Below are positions 1-10,209 of a stretch of DNA of 42,922 bases, one piece after another (positions within the stretch are counted from its first letter, which is position 1; each line of letters opens with the position of its first letter). Source of the DNA: Spirochaetota bacterium (GTDB lineage: Bacteria > Spirochaetota > UBA4802 > JAFGJZ01); the NCBI GenBank assembly GCA_035447445.1, contig DAOTGZ010000001.1, positions 1 through 42,922 of the forward strand, written 5' to 3'. The translations under genes were made by a program, and so were the position numbers. Under the pieces are notes generated by a model. That model did no database searches. It saw only the letters and a program-made list of their open reading frames with translations, and was not told the origin of the DNA.

Positions 1-2090
1 ACACTAAAGAGCATCTCGCCGTAAGTTGGCAAAGGCCAGTACTCGGAATCAACAAGGAGTTCCAGACGATCAAAATCTAAACGAAGATCATTCATTGCCG
101 TTACAACATTATCCCTGAAGGCTGCGGCCTGTTTTGGCACATCATCAATAGCGAGAGTTTGTTCTATTGCCTTATCAAGAACAGCTATTTTTTTCTTTGC
201 CGATGAGGCAAGATCCGACACTTCAATTATTAAGGATTCCTGAGCTTCAAGCGTAGCAGCAATACCGGTAGCTTTTACAGCGTTAATTGAATGTGCCAAA
301 TCTGTAATAAATCTAAACGTCGACGGTAAAAGATCCCTTTTTGCAAGCTCTAACGCAGTCATAGCCTCTATTTTAATCGTGTTAACATAGTGTTCCAATA
401 ATATCTCATAACGGGCATGGCACTCCCTCTCGGATAACACCCCCATGTCGCTAAACATTTTTACATTTTTTGGGGCAATCAAAGCCAGTTTTGCATCCAC
501 AAGATTTCTGTGGTGAGGAAGCCCTCTTTTCTCGGCCTCTTTAACCCAGTCTTCCGAGTATCCATTACCATTAAAAATTATACGTCTATGTTCCTTCATA
601 TATTCAACAATGATTTTTTGAACTTCGGCCTTAACATCAGAAGCACTCTCAAGCCTATCGGCAACTTCGCTAAAGACTTCGGCAATTGCAGCGTTAATAA
701 CAAAATTTGGTCCCGCAATCGACTGTGAAGACCCAGGCATACGAAACTCAAACTTATTACCGGTAAAAGCAAACGGAGACGTTCGGTTACGATCGGTTGT
801 ATCCTTGTCCATGTCAGGTAAAGTCGAAGCACCGAGGCGCATCTGCTCAGCAGAGATACAAGATGAAGCGCAGCCCTTCTGAACGATCTGATTTATAATG
901 TCTTCAAGTTGAGCTCCGACAAAAATTGAAATAATCGCAGGCGGAGCCTCATTAGCACCAAGACGGTGATCATTACCCGGTACAGCTGCCGAAGATCGAA
1001 TCGCGTCCGCGTATTTATCAACAGCACGCATTACAACCGAAAGCATCAACAGGAATTCGTCATTTTTATGTGGAGCGTTCCCAGGATTTGTTAATAGACG
1101 GCCAGTGTCGGTTCCCATAGACCAGTTATTGTGTTTACCCGATCCATTTACACCGGCAAAAGGTTTCTCATGAAGCAGACAAGCCAGATCATGACGTGCC
1201 GCAACTTTTTTAATGGTTTCCATTAAAAGCTGATTCTGATCGGTACCCACATTAGTTGTACAGAAAATAGGCGCGATCTCGTGTTGTGCCGGAGCGACTT
1301 CATTATGTCTTGTTTTAGAAGGTATTCCCAACTTCCAAAGCTCCTGATCCAGGTCGATCATAAAATCCATAACACGTACTTTTATCGCCGTAAAATACTG
1401 ATCATCCATATCTTGACCCTTTGAAGGAGCAGCGCCAAAAAGCGTTCGTCCACAATACTTCAGATCCTTGCGTGCATCAAACATATCTTTATCTATAATG
1501 AAATATTCCTGCTCGGCACCGACATAGGTAATAAGTTTTTTTGATTCATTATCTCCAAGAGCACGTAAAACACGCATGCCCTGTTTGTTTATGGCATCCA
1601 TCGCACGCAAAAGAGGAGTCTTCTTATCGAGCGCCTCTCCGGTATAAGAAGCGAAAGCCGTCGGAATACAGAGTGTATTGTCCTTAACAAAAGCTGGTGA
1701 AGTACAGTCCCATATTGTATAACCGCGTGCTTCAAAAGTGGCTCTTATTCCTCCGTTTGGGAAGGAAGAAGCATCCGGCTCGCCCATAATCAATTCTTTT
1801 CCCGAGAACTCAAGAATAACACGGCCATCACCTGTTGGCGAAATAAATGAGTCATGTTTTTCAGCGGTAATACCAGTCATTGGCTGAAACCAGTGAGAAA
1901 AGTGAGTCGCTCCCTGCTCAAGAGCCCAATCTTTCATTACACTCGCAACTACCTCTGCGACATCAGGAGCCAACTTTTCATTATTATCTATCGTTTTTTT
2001 AAGCGCCTTGTAAGTGGCCTTGGGAAGCATCTCACGCATAACAGCATCATTAAAAACCTTTACTCCAAAAATATTGCTAAAATTTGACAT
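1..2090 (-). CDS. glnN: Glutamine synthetase type III (GlnN), C-terminus truncated by window edge
   Basis: Minus-strand frame is open from ATG (2088-2090) to the left edge. It is missing from the ORF track because it has no stop in the window. My translation starts [22 protein letters not shown] and contains GSIII signatures [42 protein letters not shown] and [22 protein letters not shown]. It reads ...[16 protein letters not shown] at the edge. SD GAGGTG lies about 6 nt upstream of the ATG. Confidence 0.9.
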   Translation of the reverse strand, partial: MSNFSNIFGVKVFNDAVMREMLPKATYKALKKTIDNNEKLAPDVAEVVASVMKDWALEQGATHFSHWFQPMTGITAEKHDSFISPTGDGRVILEFSGKELIMGEPDASSFPNGGIRATFEARGYTIWDCTSPAFVKDNTLCIPTAFASYTGEALDKKTPLLRAMDAINKQGMRVLRALGDNESKKLITYVGAEQEYFIIDKDMFDARKDLKYCGRTLFGAAPSKGQDMDDQYFTAIKVRVMDFMIDLDQELWKLGIPSKTRHNEVAPAQHEIAPIFCTTNVGTDQNQLLMETIKKVAARHDLACLLHEKPFAGVNGSGKHNNWSMGTDTGRLLTNPGNAPHKNDEFLLMLSVVMRAVDKYADAIRSSAAVPGNDHRLGANEAPPAIISIFVGAQLEDIINQIVQKGCASSCISAEQMRLGASTLPDMDKDTTDRNRTSPFAFTGNKFEFRMPGSSQSIAGPNFVINAAIAEVFSEVADRLESASDVKAEVQKIIVEYMKEHRRIIFNGNGYSEDWVKEAEKRGLPHHRNLVDAKLALIAPKNVKMFSDMGVLSERECHARYEILLEHYVNTIKIEAMTALELAKRDLLPSTFRFITDLAHSINAVKATGIAATLEAQESLIIEVSDLASSAKKKIAVLDKAIEQTLAIDDVPKQAAAFRDNVVTAMNDLRLDFDRLELLVDSEYWPLPTYGEMLFS

Positions 2091-2540
2091 ATTCAGCACC
2101 TCTAACCTGTAAATTTCTACTTAAAGCTTCAAGCAAACATGATGTACCTATCAACTTTAACCATGTTTTTCGCAATACCATTTTATACTTTTTGGTACAA
2201 TTAAGCTGTTATTTAACATTGGTTTAATAATTGCTATAATTATGCCCGATTTTAATATGATTTGACTTGTATGAATTAAACATCTTTATATCCGTTGTTA
2301 TCCATGAGATTTTAAACAAGTGATTAACATCAACCTAGATTTAAAAATGAGAGGAGAGGTTCTTAATCTATAGATTCTCACAGTTTATATCAAAACTATA
2401 GAATGAATTAAATGCTTGAGAAGCCTTGTCTTTTATTTATGATATGCGCCTTGGCAAATTCTGAAATATGAAATAACTACTGTTTATGCTTATTAAATTC
2501 CTGAAAATTCATCAAATAAACAACTTTTTTTCTTAAAAAT

Positions 2541-2576
2541 AAAGAGCCTCCATAAATTTACAGAGGCTCTTTTTTT
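2541..2576 (-). terminator. Intrinsic terminator hairpin downstream of the 2618-2986 gene
   Basis: AAAGAGCCTC (2541-2550) pairs with GAGGCTCTTT (2563-2572) around a 12-nt loop. The stem is flanked by A/T runs on both sides and lies about 45 nt past the stop of the minus-strand gene. Confidence 0.7.
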
Positions 2577-2617
2577 GATTATTATATACTTTTACAACAC
2601 CTTTCAATCACAACAAA

Positions 2618-2986
2618 TCAATCTTCAACAGGATAACCGCTAAATTTTTCAGTATATTCAGAATAGGTTATAACAAAAGTATACTTTTTATCTTTCTTTG
2701 GCGCTTCCAGATATTCCTCATAGATGTAAGTCTCATAAACCCCCTCGATAGCTACATCAAATTGAAGAAAGCCTCCCTCCAGTTTCAAATCTTTATATTC
2801 TGATATAGTATTAGCAATCACGTCTCCCATATTTTGATCAGCAAATTTAACATTGAGAAAATCATAATCCGTCATATTTGATATACGACCTTGAGCCTTA
2901 TCCTCATCATCCTCACACCCAGCAAAGCTTAAAACAAAAAACAGCAAAAACAGAATCACTCCTAACTTTTTTAACGCAACTTTCAT
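2618..2986 (-). CDS. Small lipoprotein, unknown function
   Basis: 122-aa ORF. N-terminus MKVALKKLGVILFLLFFVLSFAGC has a lipobox-like FAGC, followed by an acidic stretch EDDEDK. Confidence 0.6.
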   Translation of the reverse strand: MKVALKKLGVILFLLFFVLSFAGCEDDEDKAQGRISNMTDYDFLNVKFADQNMGDVIANTISEYKDLKLEGGFLQFDVAIEGVYETYIYEEYLEAPKKDKKYTFVITYSEYTEKFSGYPVED

Positions 2987-3493
2987 TTCGTTAATCCCCC
3001 TTTATTTTGACTTAAGGAAGCAACAAAAAAATAATTCTCACGTTAGCAATTCAGCACACACCGTTTAAGAACTTATTAAAACACTTAGCAGTTATTTCTT
3101 CATATTTTCCTTAGTTGTAAGCAATTTTTATAAAAGCAATATATAACATAATCTATATATAAGCAGTATTTATTTATTGTCAACCGACATCAGCTAACTT
3201 TTTAAAAAAATTTGAATGATTTTATACTCTACACGTCATCTCGCATATATGCCGCATAACGTCTTTTCATTGATTTTAATTAGTACTAACGTGTGGATAA
3301 AAATTACACACTCAAAACTATTTTAAAATAATACTTCAACAAGAAAGAGAAAAAGGTTAGTTTTTTATTTTACAACCAGGAGTTTTAGTCTGCCTTAATC
3401 ATATTTATTTCTTCCAGCCTTTTTATTGACAAGCAAAGCTCAATAACAATCATTGATCTAACAAAGATTATACTATCCTCTTATGGAACAGAT

Positions 3494-5641
3494 ATGCACA
3501 AAGCCAATCAATTATTAAAAGAAATATTCGGTTACTCCTCTTTCAGGCCTGTTCAACAACAGGCTATAAAGTCTGTTCTGGACAAACATGACACGATCGC
3601 GATTATGCCAACCGGTGGCGGCAAATCACTCTGTTACCAGATACCGGCACTGATCTTTAACGGCTTGACTCTTGTTGTATCACCGCTTATTTCATTAATG
3701 AAAGATCAGCTTGATCAGCTTTTAGAACTGGGAATCGAAGCCGGAATGCTTAACAGCACTCTAAGCGACGATGAATACGCGCAAACAGTGTCACGAATCA
3801 AAGAAGGAAAAATCAAAATCCTCTACTGCGCACCCGAAACCCTTTTGCAACAAAGAACAATTAACCTGCTGGACAGTACAAAACTATCTTTAATAGCCGT
3901 AGACGAAGCACACTGTATTTCTGAATGGGGTCATGACTTTAGACCCGAATACCGCCGCATTGCTGAAGTCAGGTCGCGTTTTAATGACGCAGTATGCATT
4001 GCCCTTACGGCAACCGCAACAGACCAGGTTCGTCTGGACATCGCATCGCAACTAAAGATAAAACCCGATTCGGTCATGGTAGCCTCGTTTGATCGACCTA
4101 ATCTTTTTATTGATGTTATCCCCAAAACAGATCCACAGAAGCAGGCAATCGACTTTATACAGCAATTTAGCGGACAACCTGGAATTATTTACTGTTTCTC
4201 AAGACGGCAAGTCGATGAGCTCTCAGAGTATTTAAATAATAATGGCATCAATAACCGTCCCTATCATGCTGGTCTTACCGATAACGAGCGGCAAACAAAT
4301 CAAAACCTTTTTCGAAACGATGATATAAACATTATAACAGCAACTGTGGCATTTGGCATGGGCATTAACAAACCTGATATTCGTTTTGTTCTTCATTATG
4401 ATATGCCGCAAAACATAGAAAGCTACTATCAGCAAATTGGTCGAGCCGGGCGAGACGGCCTTCCTGCCCATTGCCGTCTGCTTTTTGGATACGGCGATAT
4501 AAACAAGATCCAGTTTTTTATTAATCAAAAGAATGACTCAGAAAAAAAAACAGCTTACAACAAATTGAATGACCTATTGAGCTTTCTCGAAAAAAGAGAG
4601 TGCAGACGCGTGCCTCTTATGACCTATTTTTCAGAAAAACCGTCATCCCAAAAATGTGACAATTGCGATAATTGCTTAACTCCTCCTCCTGATGAAAAGG
4701 AGTACACTATTCAGGCTCAAAAGTTCTTATCTTGCATAATAAGGCTTGATCAACGCTACGGAGCTTCGCTCATTATTGATGTGCTGCGCGGCTCTAAATC
4801 AGAAAAGGTCAAGAAATCTGGCGCATTAAATATATCAACTTATGGAATCGGATCTGAGCTTTCCAAGTCTGAATGGATGAACCTGTTTAGACAGATGAGT
4901 TCTAAAGGTCTTTTAAAAGTTAATACAGAAACAGGCTCCCTAATTGTAACAAAAGTGGGTGCGGATATTTTAAAAGGTAAACAAAAATTTTATGGATATA
5001 TCACACCGGCTGCATCACCAAAAGCTTCCGTAAAAAAAAGTTACCTGCAAAACAGTGAACTTTTCGAACAACTTCGTACTCTCCGAAAACAGATAGCCGA
5101 TGCCGACGGAGTTCCCCCATACACAGTATTTCCTGACAAAACTCTTATCGAGATGACACAGTTTCTTCCACAAGATCCAGATGACCTTCTTATGATATAC
5201 GGAGTGGGTCACAACAAACTGCAAAAATTTGGAAATCAGTTTTTAGATATAATTAAAAAATTCTGCATCAATAATCCAAGCAACAACCACCAAAGAATTA
5301 CAGCAAATAATAAGAACAGGAAAGAATCAGCACACAGCATAAGCTCCAAAATGTACCAAGCCGGTACACCTGTCCATGAAATTGCTCAAAGATTATCCAT
5401 CCAGACCAGTACGGTAATCGACCATCTTTATAAATGGATATCCGAAGATAACCCTCTCGACTGTGAGGCTCTTTTAGACGAGTTTAATATTTCGGAAGAG
5501 CTCTGTTTCAGAGTTCACTCTCTTTTTGAAAAACATGGTGTTTTCAAGTTAAAACCGGTTTTTGAAGAAGCCGCAGGCGAGATAGATTACGAAATACTGA
5601 AAATATTGCGGTTATGGTATATTACCGGCAAAAACTCATAA
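3494..5641 (+). CDS. recQ: ATP-dependent DNA helicase RecQ (full length, with HRDC and an extra C-terminal HTH-like domain)
   Basis: Motifs MPTGGGKSLCYQIP, DEAHCISEWGHDFRPEY, YYQQIGRAGRDG. Zn cluster CRRVPLMTYF...CDNCDNC sits in the canonical position. HRDC-like LFEQLRTLRKQIADADGVPPYTVFPDKTLIEM. About 110 extra C-terminal residues (GTPVHEIAQRLSIQTSTVIDHLYKWI) look helix-turn-helix-like. Confidence 0.93.
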   Translation: MHKANQLLKEIFGYSSFRPVQQQAIKSVLDKHDTIAIMPTGGGKSLCYQIPALIFNGLTLVVSPLISLMKDQLDQLLELGIEAGMLNSTLSDDEYAQTVSRIKEGKIKILYCAPETLLQQRTINLLDSTKLSLIAVDEAHCISEWGHDFRPEYRRIAEVRSRFNDAVCIALTATATDQVRLDIASQLKIKPDSVMVASFDRPNLFIDVIPKTDPQKQAIDFIQQFSGQPGIIYCFSRRQVDELSEYLNNNGINNRPYHAGLTDNERQTNQNLFRNDDINIITATVAFGMGINKPDIRFVLHYDMPQNIESYYQQIGRAGRDGLPAHCRLLFGYGDINKIQFFINQKNDSEKKTAYNKLNDLLSFLEKRECRRVPLMTYFSEKPSSQKCDNCDNCLTPPPDEKEYTIQAQKFLSCIIRLDQRYGASLIIDVLRGSKSEKVKKSGALNISTYGIGSELSKSEWMNLFRQMSSKGLLKVNTETGSLIVTKVGADILKGKQKFYGYITPAASPKASVKKSYLQNSELFEQLRTLRKQIADADGVPPYTVFPDKTLIEMTQFLPQDPDDLLMIYGVGHNKLQKFGNQFLDIIKKFCINNPSNNHQRITANNKNRKESAHSISSKMYQAGTPVHEIAQRLSIQTSTVIDHLYKWISEDNPLDCEALLDEFNISEELCFRVHSLFEKHGVFKLKPVFEEAAGEIDYEILKILRLWYITGKNS

Positions 5642-5643
5642 TA

Positions 5644-5710
5644 GAAAACTTCGAATAATTACCTTTTCTGGAACGGCTATGTCGTTTAAAGCCAAATTAA
5701 AGTTATTTTT
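5644..5710 (+). repeat. Copy 1 (diverged) of a roughly 70-80 nt structured intergenic repeat
   Basis: AGAAAACTTCGAATAATTACCTTTTCTGGAACGGCTATGTCGTTTAAAGCC... aligns by eye with the copies at 9979-10050 and 24849-24919 (inverted). It starts 3 nt after the recQ stop. Inner hairpin AACGGC-TAT-GTCGTT is at 5672-5686. Confidence 0.75.
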
Positions 5711-5872
5711 TAAAGACTGCCAATAGTTCCCAACATATAATCATACCGATAAGTGACAATTATTTCCTATAATTAAAATTTTTGAATATTAGCGTAGTTT
5801 AATATAAAAATACTTGAAAGCTGTTTCGAATTATCTAATATATACACCATTCTGCTCCATAAAGGTATAAAA

Positions 5873-6718
5873 ATGAAATCTCTAAAATTTGTAAAAATTC
5901 ATGGAATCGGTAACGACTACATTTATATAGACGGAATCAATTCAACAATAAACAAGCTCTCCGACTTATCAATTAAAATAAGCGATCGCCATTTTGGTGT
6001 TGGGAGTGACGGATTAATAGCCTTACTTCCCTCTCAAAAAGCAGATTTCAGAATGCGTATGTTTAATGCCGATGGAAGCGAGGCCGAAATGTGTGGTAAC
6101 GGCATACGAGGGCTTGCCAAGATGATTCATGATCACGGCTTTTCAAAAAAGAAACAACTCACTATCGAAACACTTGCGGGAATCATGGAACTGGAACTTA
6201 CTCTAAAAGACAACAAGGTGTCCATGGTCACAGTAGATATGGGAGAACCCATTCTTGAAAGAGAAAAAATCCCGATGATAGGTGAACCCGGCCATGTAAT
6301 CGAAGAAACAATCGAACTGGAAGATTCTGTCAAGTTTGAGTTAACTGCTGTATCTGTTGGAAACCCTCACGCAATAATATTCGTTGAAGATGTTGATAAT
6401 TTTCCTATCGAGAAATATGGCCCATTGATCGAAAAGCATCCGCTTTTCCCTTCACGAATAAACGTTGAATTTGTTAAAATCTTATCTTCTAACGAAGCAA
6501 AACAGCGCACATGGGAACGCGGTTCTGGTGAAACAATGGCTTGCGGCACAGGAGCAACAGCTGTAACTGTTGCCGGTGTTTTGACCGGTCGTTTGGACAG
6601 TCAGTCTACGATTCATCTTTTAGGGGGCGATCTTATGATCCGCTGGGATAAACAGACCAACCATCTCTTTATGACTGGTCCCGCAACAGAGGTTTTTAAA
6701 GGGGAGTGGTATTACTGA
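5873..6718 (+). CDS. dapF: Diaminopimelate epimerase
   Basis: 281 aa. HGIGNDYIYID N-terminus and both catalytic Cys contexts (MCGNGIR, MACGTGATA). Plausible promoter TTGAAA-16-TAATAT at about 5814-5841. Confidence 0.9.
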   Translation: MKSLKFVKIHGIGNDYIYIDGINSTINKLSDLSIKISDRHFGVGSDGLIALLPSQKADFRMRMFNADGSEAEMCGNGIRGLAKMIHDHGFSKKKQLTIETLAGIMELELTLKDNKVSMVTVDMGEPILEREKIPMIGEPGHVIEETIELEDSVKFELTAVSVGNPHAIIFVEDVDNFPIEKYGPLIEKHPLFPSRINVEFVKILSSNEAKQRTWERGSGETMACGTGATAVTVAGVLTGRLDSQSTIHLLGGDLMIRWDKQTNHLFMTGPATEVFKGEWYY

Positions 6719-6743
6719 CAACTATTGAAGTTTTCACCACATT

Positions 6744-7598
6744 TTATTCTTCTGAATCAGAAGCTTCACCATTTTGATAAATAGTTTTATTAATAACTGC
6801 ACCCGATTCATTATAATTTTGCCAGGTACCATGACGTTTGCCTTGTTTAAAAAAACCTTCCAAAATTCGATTACCCTTTTTATCCCAGTAAACCGCTATT
6901 CCATGGTAGATTATTTTGGTATCATTTTTGAAGGAAGCAATTTCGCAAAACGGTTCACCATTGCGATACCAGATCTTTGTAAAACCCGACTTCTCACTGA
7001 ACTGAATCCATATATCGTCTTTTTCATTATAAACTGCTGAGGGCGGGATATTGCCCGGCCTCTGAAACGAAGGAAGCAACATTATTTTAATTTCATGCTT
7101 TACGGCTTGTCCGTTATCATATTCAATAACATCAAGCAGACGCCCCCGAGAATCATAACGCGTCATTTTTCCATGAAGATAGCCGGCTTTATACTGTGCG
7201 GTTATCGCGCGAGAACCGTTTTTATAGTAACCAGAGGCATTACCTTCAAGGTATCCGTTCTTATAATTTATAACAGCCAGCCGCCCTCCACCGGGATAAA
7301 AACGGATCCACCTTCCATAAAAAAGATACCCCTCCTCTTTTTTATTCGCAGGCCCCCGAGCTATAATATTTTTTTCACTATTATATAAAGTTAATACCTT
7401 ATTTGACTCGAATTTTTCATATTTAGAAGCCAGATCCAGGCTTTTAAACCAGAGAGGGTAAAAATCTGTAAAATCACGAATTAATGACAGTTGACGCGAA
7501 TCAGCGCCAATTGCTGTAATAGAGGGGATAAATAACAAAAAGACAACTAAAGCGAAATAATTAACAAAACCAGACAGCTTAATAAAGGTCTTACTCAT
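6744..7598 (-). CDS. Secreted MORN-repeat-variant (YwqK-like) protein
   Basis: 284 aa with a signal peptide. Repeated Y-x-N-G-x-x-x-G motifs (YKNGYLEGNASGYYKNGS, YKAGYLHGKMTRYDSRG, WYRNGEP, FKQGKRHGTWQNYNESG). Confidence 0.7.
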   Translation of the reverse strand: MSKTFIKLSGFVNYFALVVFLLFIPSITAIGADSRQLSLIRDFTDFYPLWFKSLDLASKYEKFESNKVLTLYNSEKNIIARGPANKKEEGYLFYGRWIRFYPGGGRLAVINYKNGYLEGNASGYYKNGSRAITAQYKAGYLHGKMTRYDSRGRLLDVIEYDNGQAVKHEIKIMLLPSFQRPGNIPPSAVYNEKDDIWIQFSEKSGFTKIWYRNGEPFCEIASFKNDTKIIYHGIAVYWDKKGNRILEGFFKQGKRHGTWQNYNESGAVINKTIYQNGEASDSEE

Positions 7599-8172
7599 TT
7601 ATTATTGTCTTTTCCCAAAGATTACGGTTAGAAATGCCATTTTCAAGGAAAGCCACACTCTTTATTTCATTATAATTTGCGGTAATACTCTTTTCAACAG
7701 CCTTTTTAAAATTACCTTCAGATTCAGGCAAAATAGGAGTCTCGGGATTCAAAGTTTCAAGACGAATATCAATATAACACTCTGAGCCATGAATCCACAC
7801 TTTTCTGATATTAAACTCTATCGGAACAACCATTCTTGTGTTTTCATACTTTGATCCGCGTACTATTTCTGCTACTATAAACTCAATAGTTTTTTCTTTA
7901 GAATTTTCAAGCTCTACTAATCGAGTCTCTTCTAAAATTTCGCCTTTTACTCCTGGAAGATATATTGTAATATCTTCCCGTTTTTCCATCACAGGAAATG
8001 AAGGATAAATATCAAAAATATTTTTTTCAACATGGAAACAGTATAAAAAATAGTTCAAAATCAACATCAACGAAACCATTAAAAGAAAAAATCGATTACG
8101 TTCACGCAAATCACGACGTATAAGAATACGATAATCCTTGATTTTATTCATGATAACTTTATAATATTTCAT
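7591..8172 (-). CDS. Membrane-anchored GerMN-like domain protein
   Basis: 193 aa with an N-terminal TM helix. The body (ITIYLPG...ETRLVE...IVAEIVRG...ECYIDI...AVEKSITANY..IKSVAFLENG) resembles GerMN/Germane domains. Its 3-prime end overlaps the downstream gene start by 8 nt, suggesting an operon. Confidence 0.5.
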   Translation of the reverse strand: MKYYKVIMNKIKDYRILIRRDLRERNRFFLLMVSLMLILNYFLYCFHVEKNIFDIYPSFPVMEKREDITIYLPGVKGEILEETRLVELENSKEKTIEFIVAEIVRGSKYENTRMVVPIEFNIRKVWIHGSECYIDIRLETLNPETPILPESEGNFKKAVEKSITANYNEIKSVAFLENGISNRNLWEKTIINE

Positions 8173-8324
8173 CTATAACTCCAGAGCGGGAAAAACCCTT
8201 CATTTTTAGCAATTTAATACTAAATAACATTTGCAAAGCGAATTTATTGTCAAACTTTTATTTATTCTTGAAAAATATGCCTCTAATTTTATAGCCTGAT
8301 TTCAACACGAATTGGAGCAAGAAC

Positions 8325-9977
8325 ATGAAAAAAGACATACTGCCAAAACCTTATCAGATACCCAAAATGGGTACATCCGGACTTAGACTCAAACAGGAAC
8401 AATATAATAGAGCCGGCTTTCTTGAGCAATTTACCGAAGGCATTGCCAGATATTTCAAAGAGATAACATCTACTACAAAAATTGCTGAAAACAATACACA
8501 TCTGCTTCTTGGAGGAGATCCAAGAGAGGGCAACAGCGAACGTATTAAAACAATGGCTTGTATACTAACAGCACACGGTTTTACAGTCATTGTTCCTGAA
8601 AATGGGTTGGCATCAACCCCTGCCATGAGCCACGCCATTAGACATCTTAAAACTATCGGAGCAATAATCCTTACAGCCAGCCATAATCCTTTTACTGATG
8701 TGGGAATTAAAATTAATACTGCAAATGGAGCTCCTGCATTAACCGACTGCACCGAGCGCATCAACGAGTTCCAGAATGACGTTCAAGATTATCTTACTCA
8801 AGACTACGAAACTGCTCTAACAGAAGGATTAATAAAGACGATAGATATTATTTCAATGTATGCCGATCTTCTTGATAAGATGTTCAGTTTCAAAGATATG
8901 CGCGAAAAGATTGAAGACAACCCCGTTTCGGCCGTTTTTGATTCTATGAACGGAGCAGCCGGGCCTTTCGCGCGTGAGGTTTTTGTTAACAGGCTTGGTC
9001 TTGATCCTTTAATGCTTCGCGAAGAACCTCGCACCGACCTTGGGGGATTTGATGACAAAGGTGAACCAAAACATCCTGAGCCCGATTTCGATTATGTATC
9101 CGATTTAATAAACCATAACAGCACCAACCAGTTTTCCATCGCAGCAGCATGGGATTCTGATGTAGACAGACGTCTTGATGGTGGTTCAGGTTTCTTTCTG
9201 GAATCTGCGGACGAATTTGCGATATTTGCGCGTTACAGCCACCTTATTAACATACAATCCATGTTTAACGACACAATATACTTTTGCCGATCAACTGTTA
9301 CATCACATGCTATCGACCTTATGAGTAATGAGCTAACAGCAATATTCAAAGATAAAACTATAAAAACTGTTCAGACTCCTACCGGATTTAAATGGATCGC
9401 GGAATTAGGCAACTGGGGAGTAGAAGAGAGCAACGGTGTTGGAAACCCCGCGCTTAGAGAAAAAGACGGTATTTTTGCTACGGTTTTTTTATTAAAAATA
9501 ATTCTGGAAACAGGAAAAACCCCTCTGCAACTTATGGAAGATATATGGCAAGATCATGGCCGTGTTTACTTTACACGAGGAGAAGTATCGGGATCTGATC
9601 CTATTGAAAAAGAGGCTTTAATCAATATTCTTAATGGGGCGCAATCGCAAATCGGAAACAAGTTCGGCACGCTAACCCTTGAAAATGCGGGTTCATGGGA
9701 TTATAAACATCCTGAAACTGGCGAAATTGCGGAAAAGAACGCAGCCTATTATTTTGAATTTAGCGATGGCAACAGCATCAAGGCAAGATTTTCAGGAACA
9801 GGTTCAGGCGGATACACCCTTCGAGTATATTGCTCAAAATTTGACAAAAACTACTCAATTCCCAAAACCACAATAGTTCAACCTATGAAAGATGCGTTTG
9901 ATGCCTTTCTTCAAAATGGTGGATTTAAAGGTAAAAGTGATAAATATACAGATAGCAACCAGCCCGATATCTATTAG
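8325..9977 (+). CDS. pgm: Phosphoglucomutase (alpha-D-phosphohexomutase family)
   Basis: 550 aa. Phosphoserine loop ILTASHNPFTDVGIKINTANGAP, FDSMNGAAGPF, AAWDSDVDR metal loop, C-terminal RFSGTGS. SD GGAG lies 8 nt upstream. Confidence 0.88.
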   Translation: MKKDILPKPYQIPKMGTSGLRLKQEQYNRAGFLEQFTEGIARYFKEITSTTKIAENNTHLLLGGDPREGNSERIKTMACILTAHGFTVIVPENGLASTPAMSHAIRHLKTIGAIILTASHNPFTDVGIKINTANGAPALTDCTERINEFQNDVQDYLTQDYETALTEGLIKTIDIISMYADLLDKMFSFKDMREKIEDNPVSAVFDSMNGAAGPFAREVFVNRLGLDPLMLREEPRTDLGGFDDKGEPKHPEPDFDYVSDLINHNSTNQFSIAAAWDSDVDRRLDGGSGFFLESADEFAIFARYSHLINIQSMFNDTIYFCRSTVTSHAIDLMSNELTAIFKDKTIKTVQTPTGFKWIAELGNWGVEESNGVGNPALREKDGIFATVFLLKIILETGKTPLQLMEDIWQDHGRVYFTRGEVSGSDPIEKEALINILNGAQSQIGNKFGTLTLENAGSWDYKHPETGEIAEKNAAYYFEFSDGNSIKARFSGTGSGGYTLRVYCSKFDKNYSIPKTTIVQPMKDAFDAFLQNGGFKGKSDKYTDSNQPDIY

Positions 9978-9978
9978 A

Positions 9979-10050
9979 AGGGAACTTCGAAAAATTACCA
10001 TTTCCAGAACGGCTATGCCGTTAAAAGTCCATTCATAAAAGAATTTTTCG
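9979..10050 (+). repeat. Copy 2 of the structured intergenic repeat
   Basis: AGGGAACTTCGAAAAATTACCATTTC (26 nt) and GAACGGCTATGCCGTT (16 nt) are identical to the reverse complement of 24849-24919. Outer arms CGAAAAATT (9988-9996) and AATTTTTCG (10042-10050) pair, as does the inner hairpin AACGGC-TAT-GCCGTT (10008-10022). It lies between the pgm stop and its terminator. Confidence 0.85.
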
Positions 10051-10058
10051 CATTTCAC

Positions 10059-10100
10059 ATGAGAAAGGAGACTCTAACTGCATAGTCTCCTTCTCATTTT
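10059..10100 (+). terminator. Intrinsic terminator of pgm
   Basis: ATGAGAAAGGAGACT pairs with AGTCTCCTTCTCAT (about 14 bp, one bulge) and is followed by TTTT. Confidence 0.75.
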
Positions 10101-10209
10101 AAACATAATCAAAAAAATAGTGGCTAACAAACCCGATTTTTCTAAAAAAAAATTCAAATTTTCAATTTTTTTCAGTCTATAGGTATATAAACTATACTGG
10201 AGAAATAAA

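Noticed and set aside
510-2087. Short ORFs 510-728, 596-832 and 1854-2087 from the track
   Set aside because: They lie inside the glnN coding region (minus strand, unlisted because it runs off the edge). The glnN frame carries unambiguous GSIII motifs.
2192-2217. Sigma-54-like TGGTAC-N-GC element and the palindrome TGTTATTTAACA upstream of glnN
   Set aside because: The GG/GC spacing is one nt off consensus. The element faces the + strand, away from glnN, with no downstream gene. The palindrome spacing (TGTTA-N2-TAACA) does not match the TnrA/GlnR TGTNA-N7-TNACA site. The evidence is insufficient.
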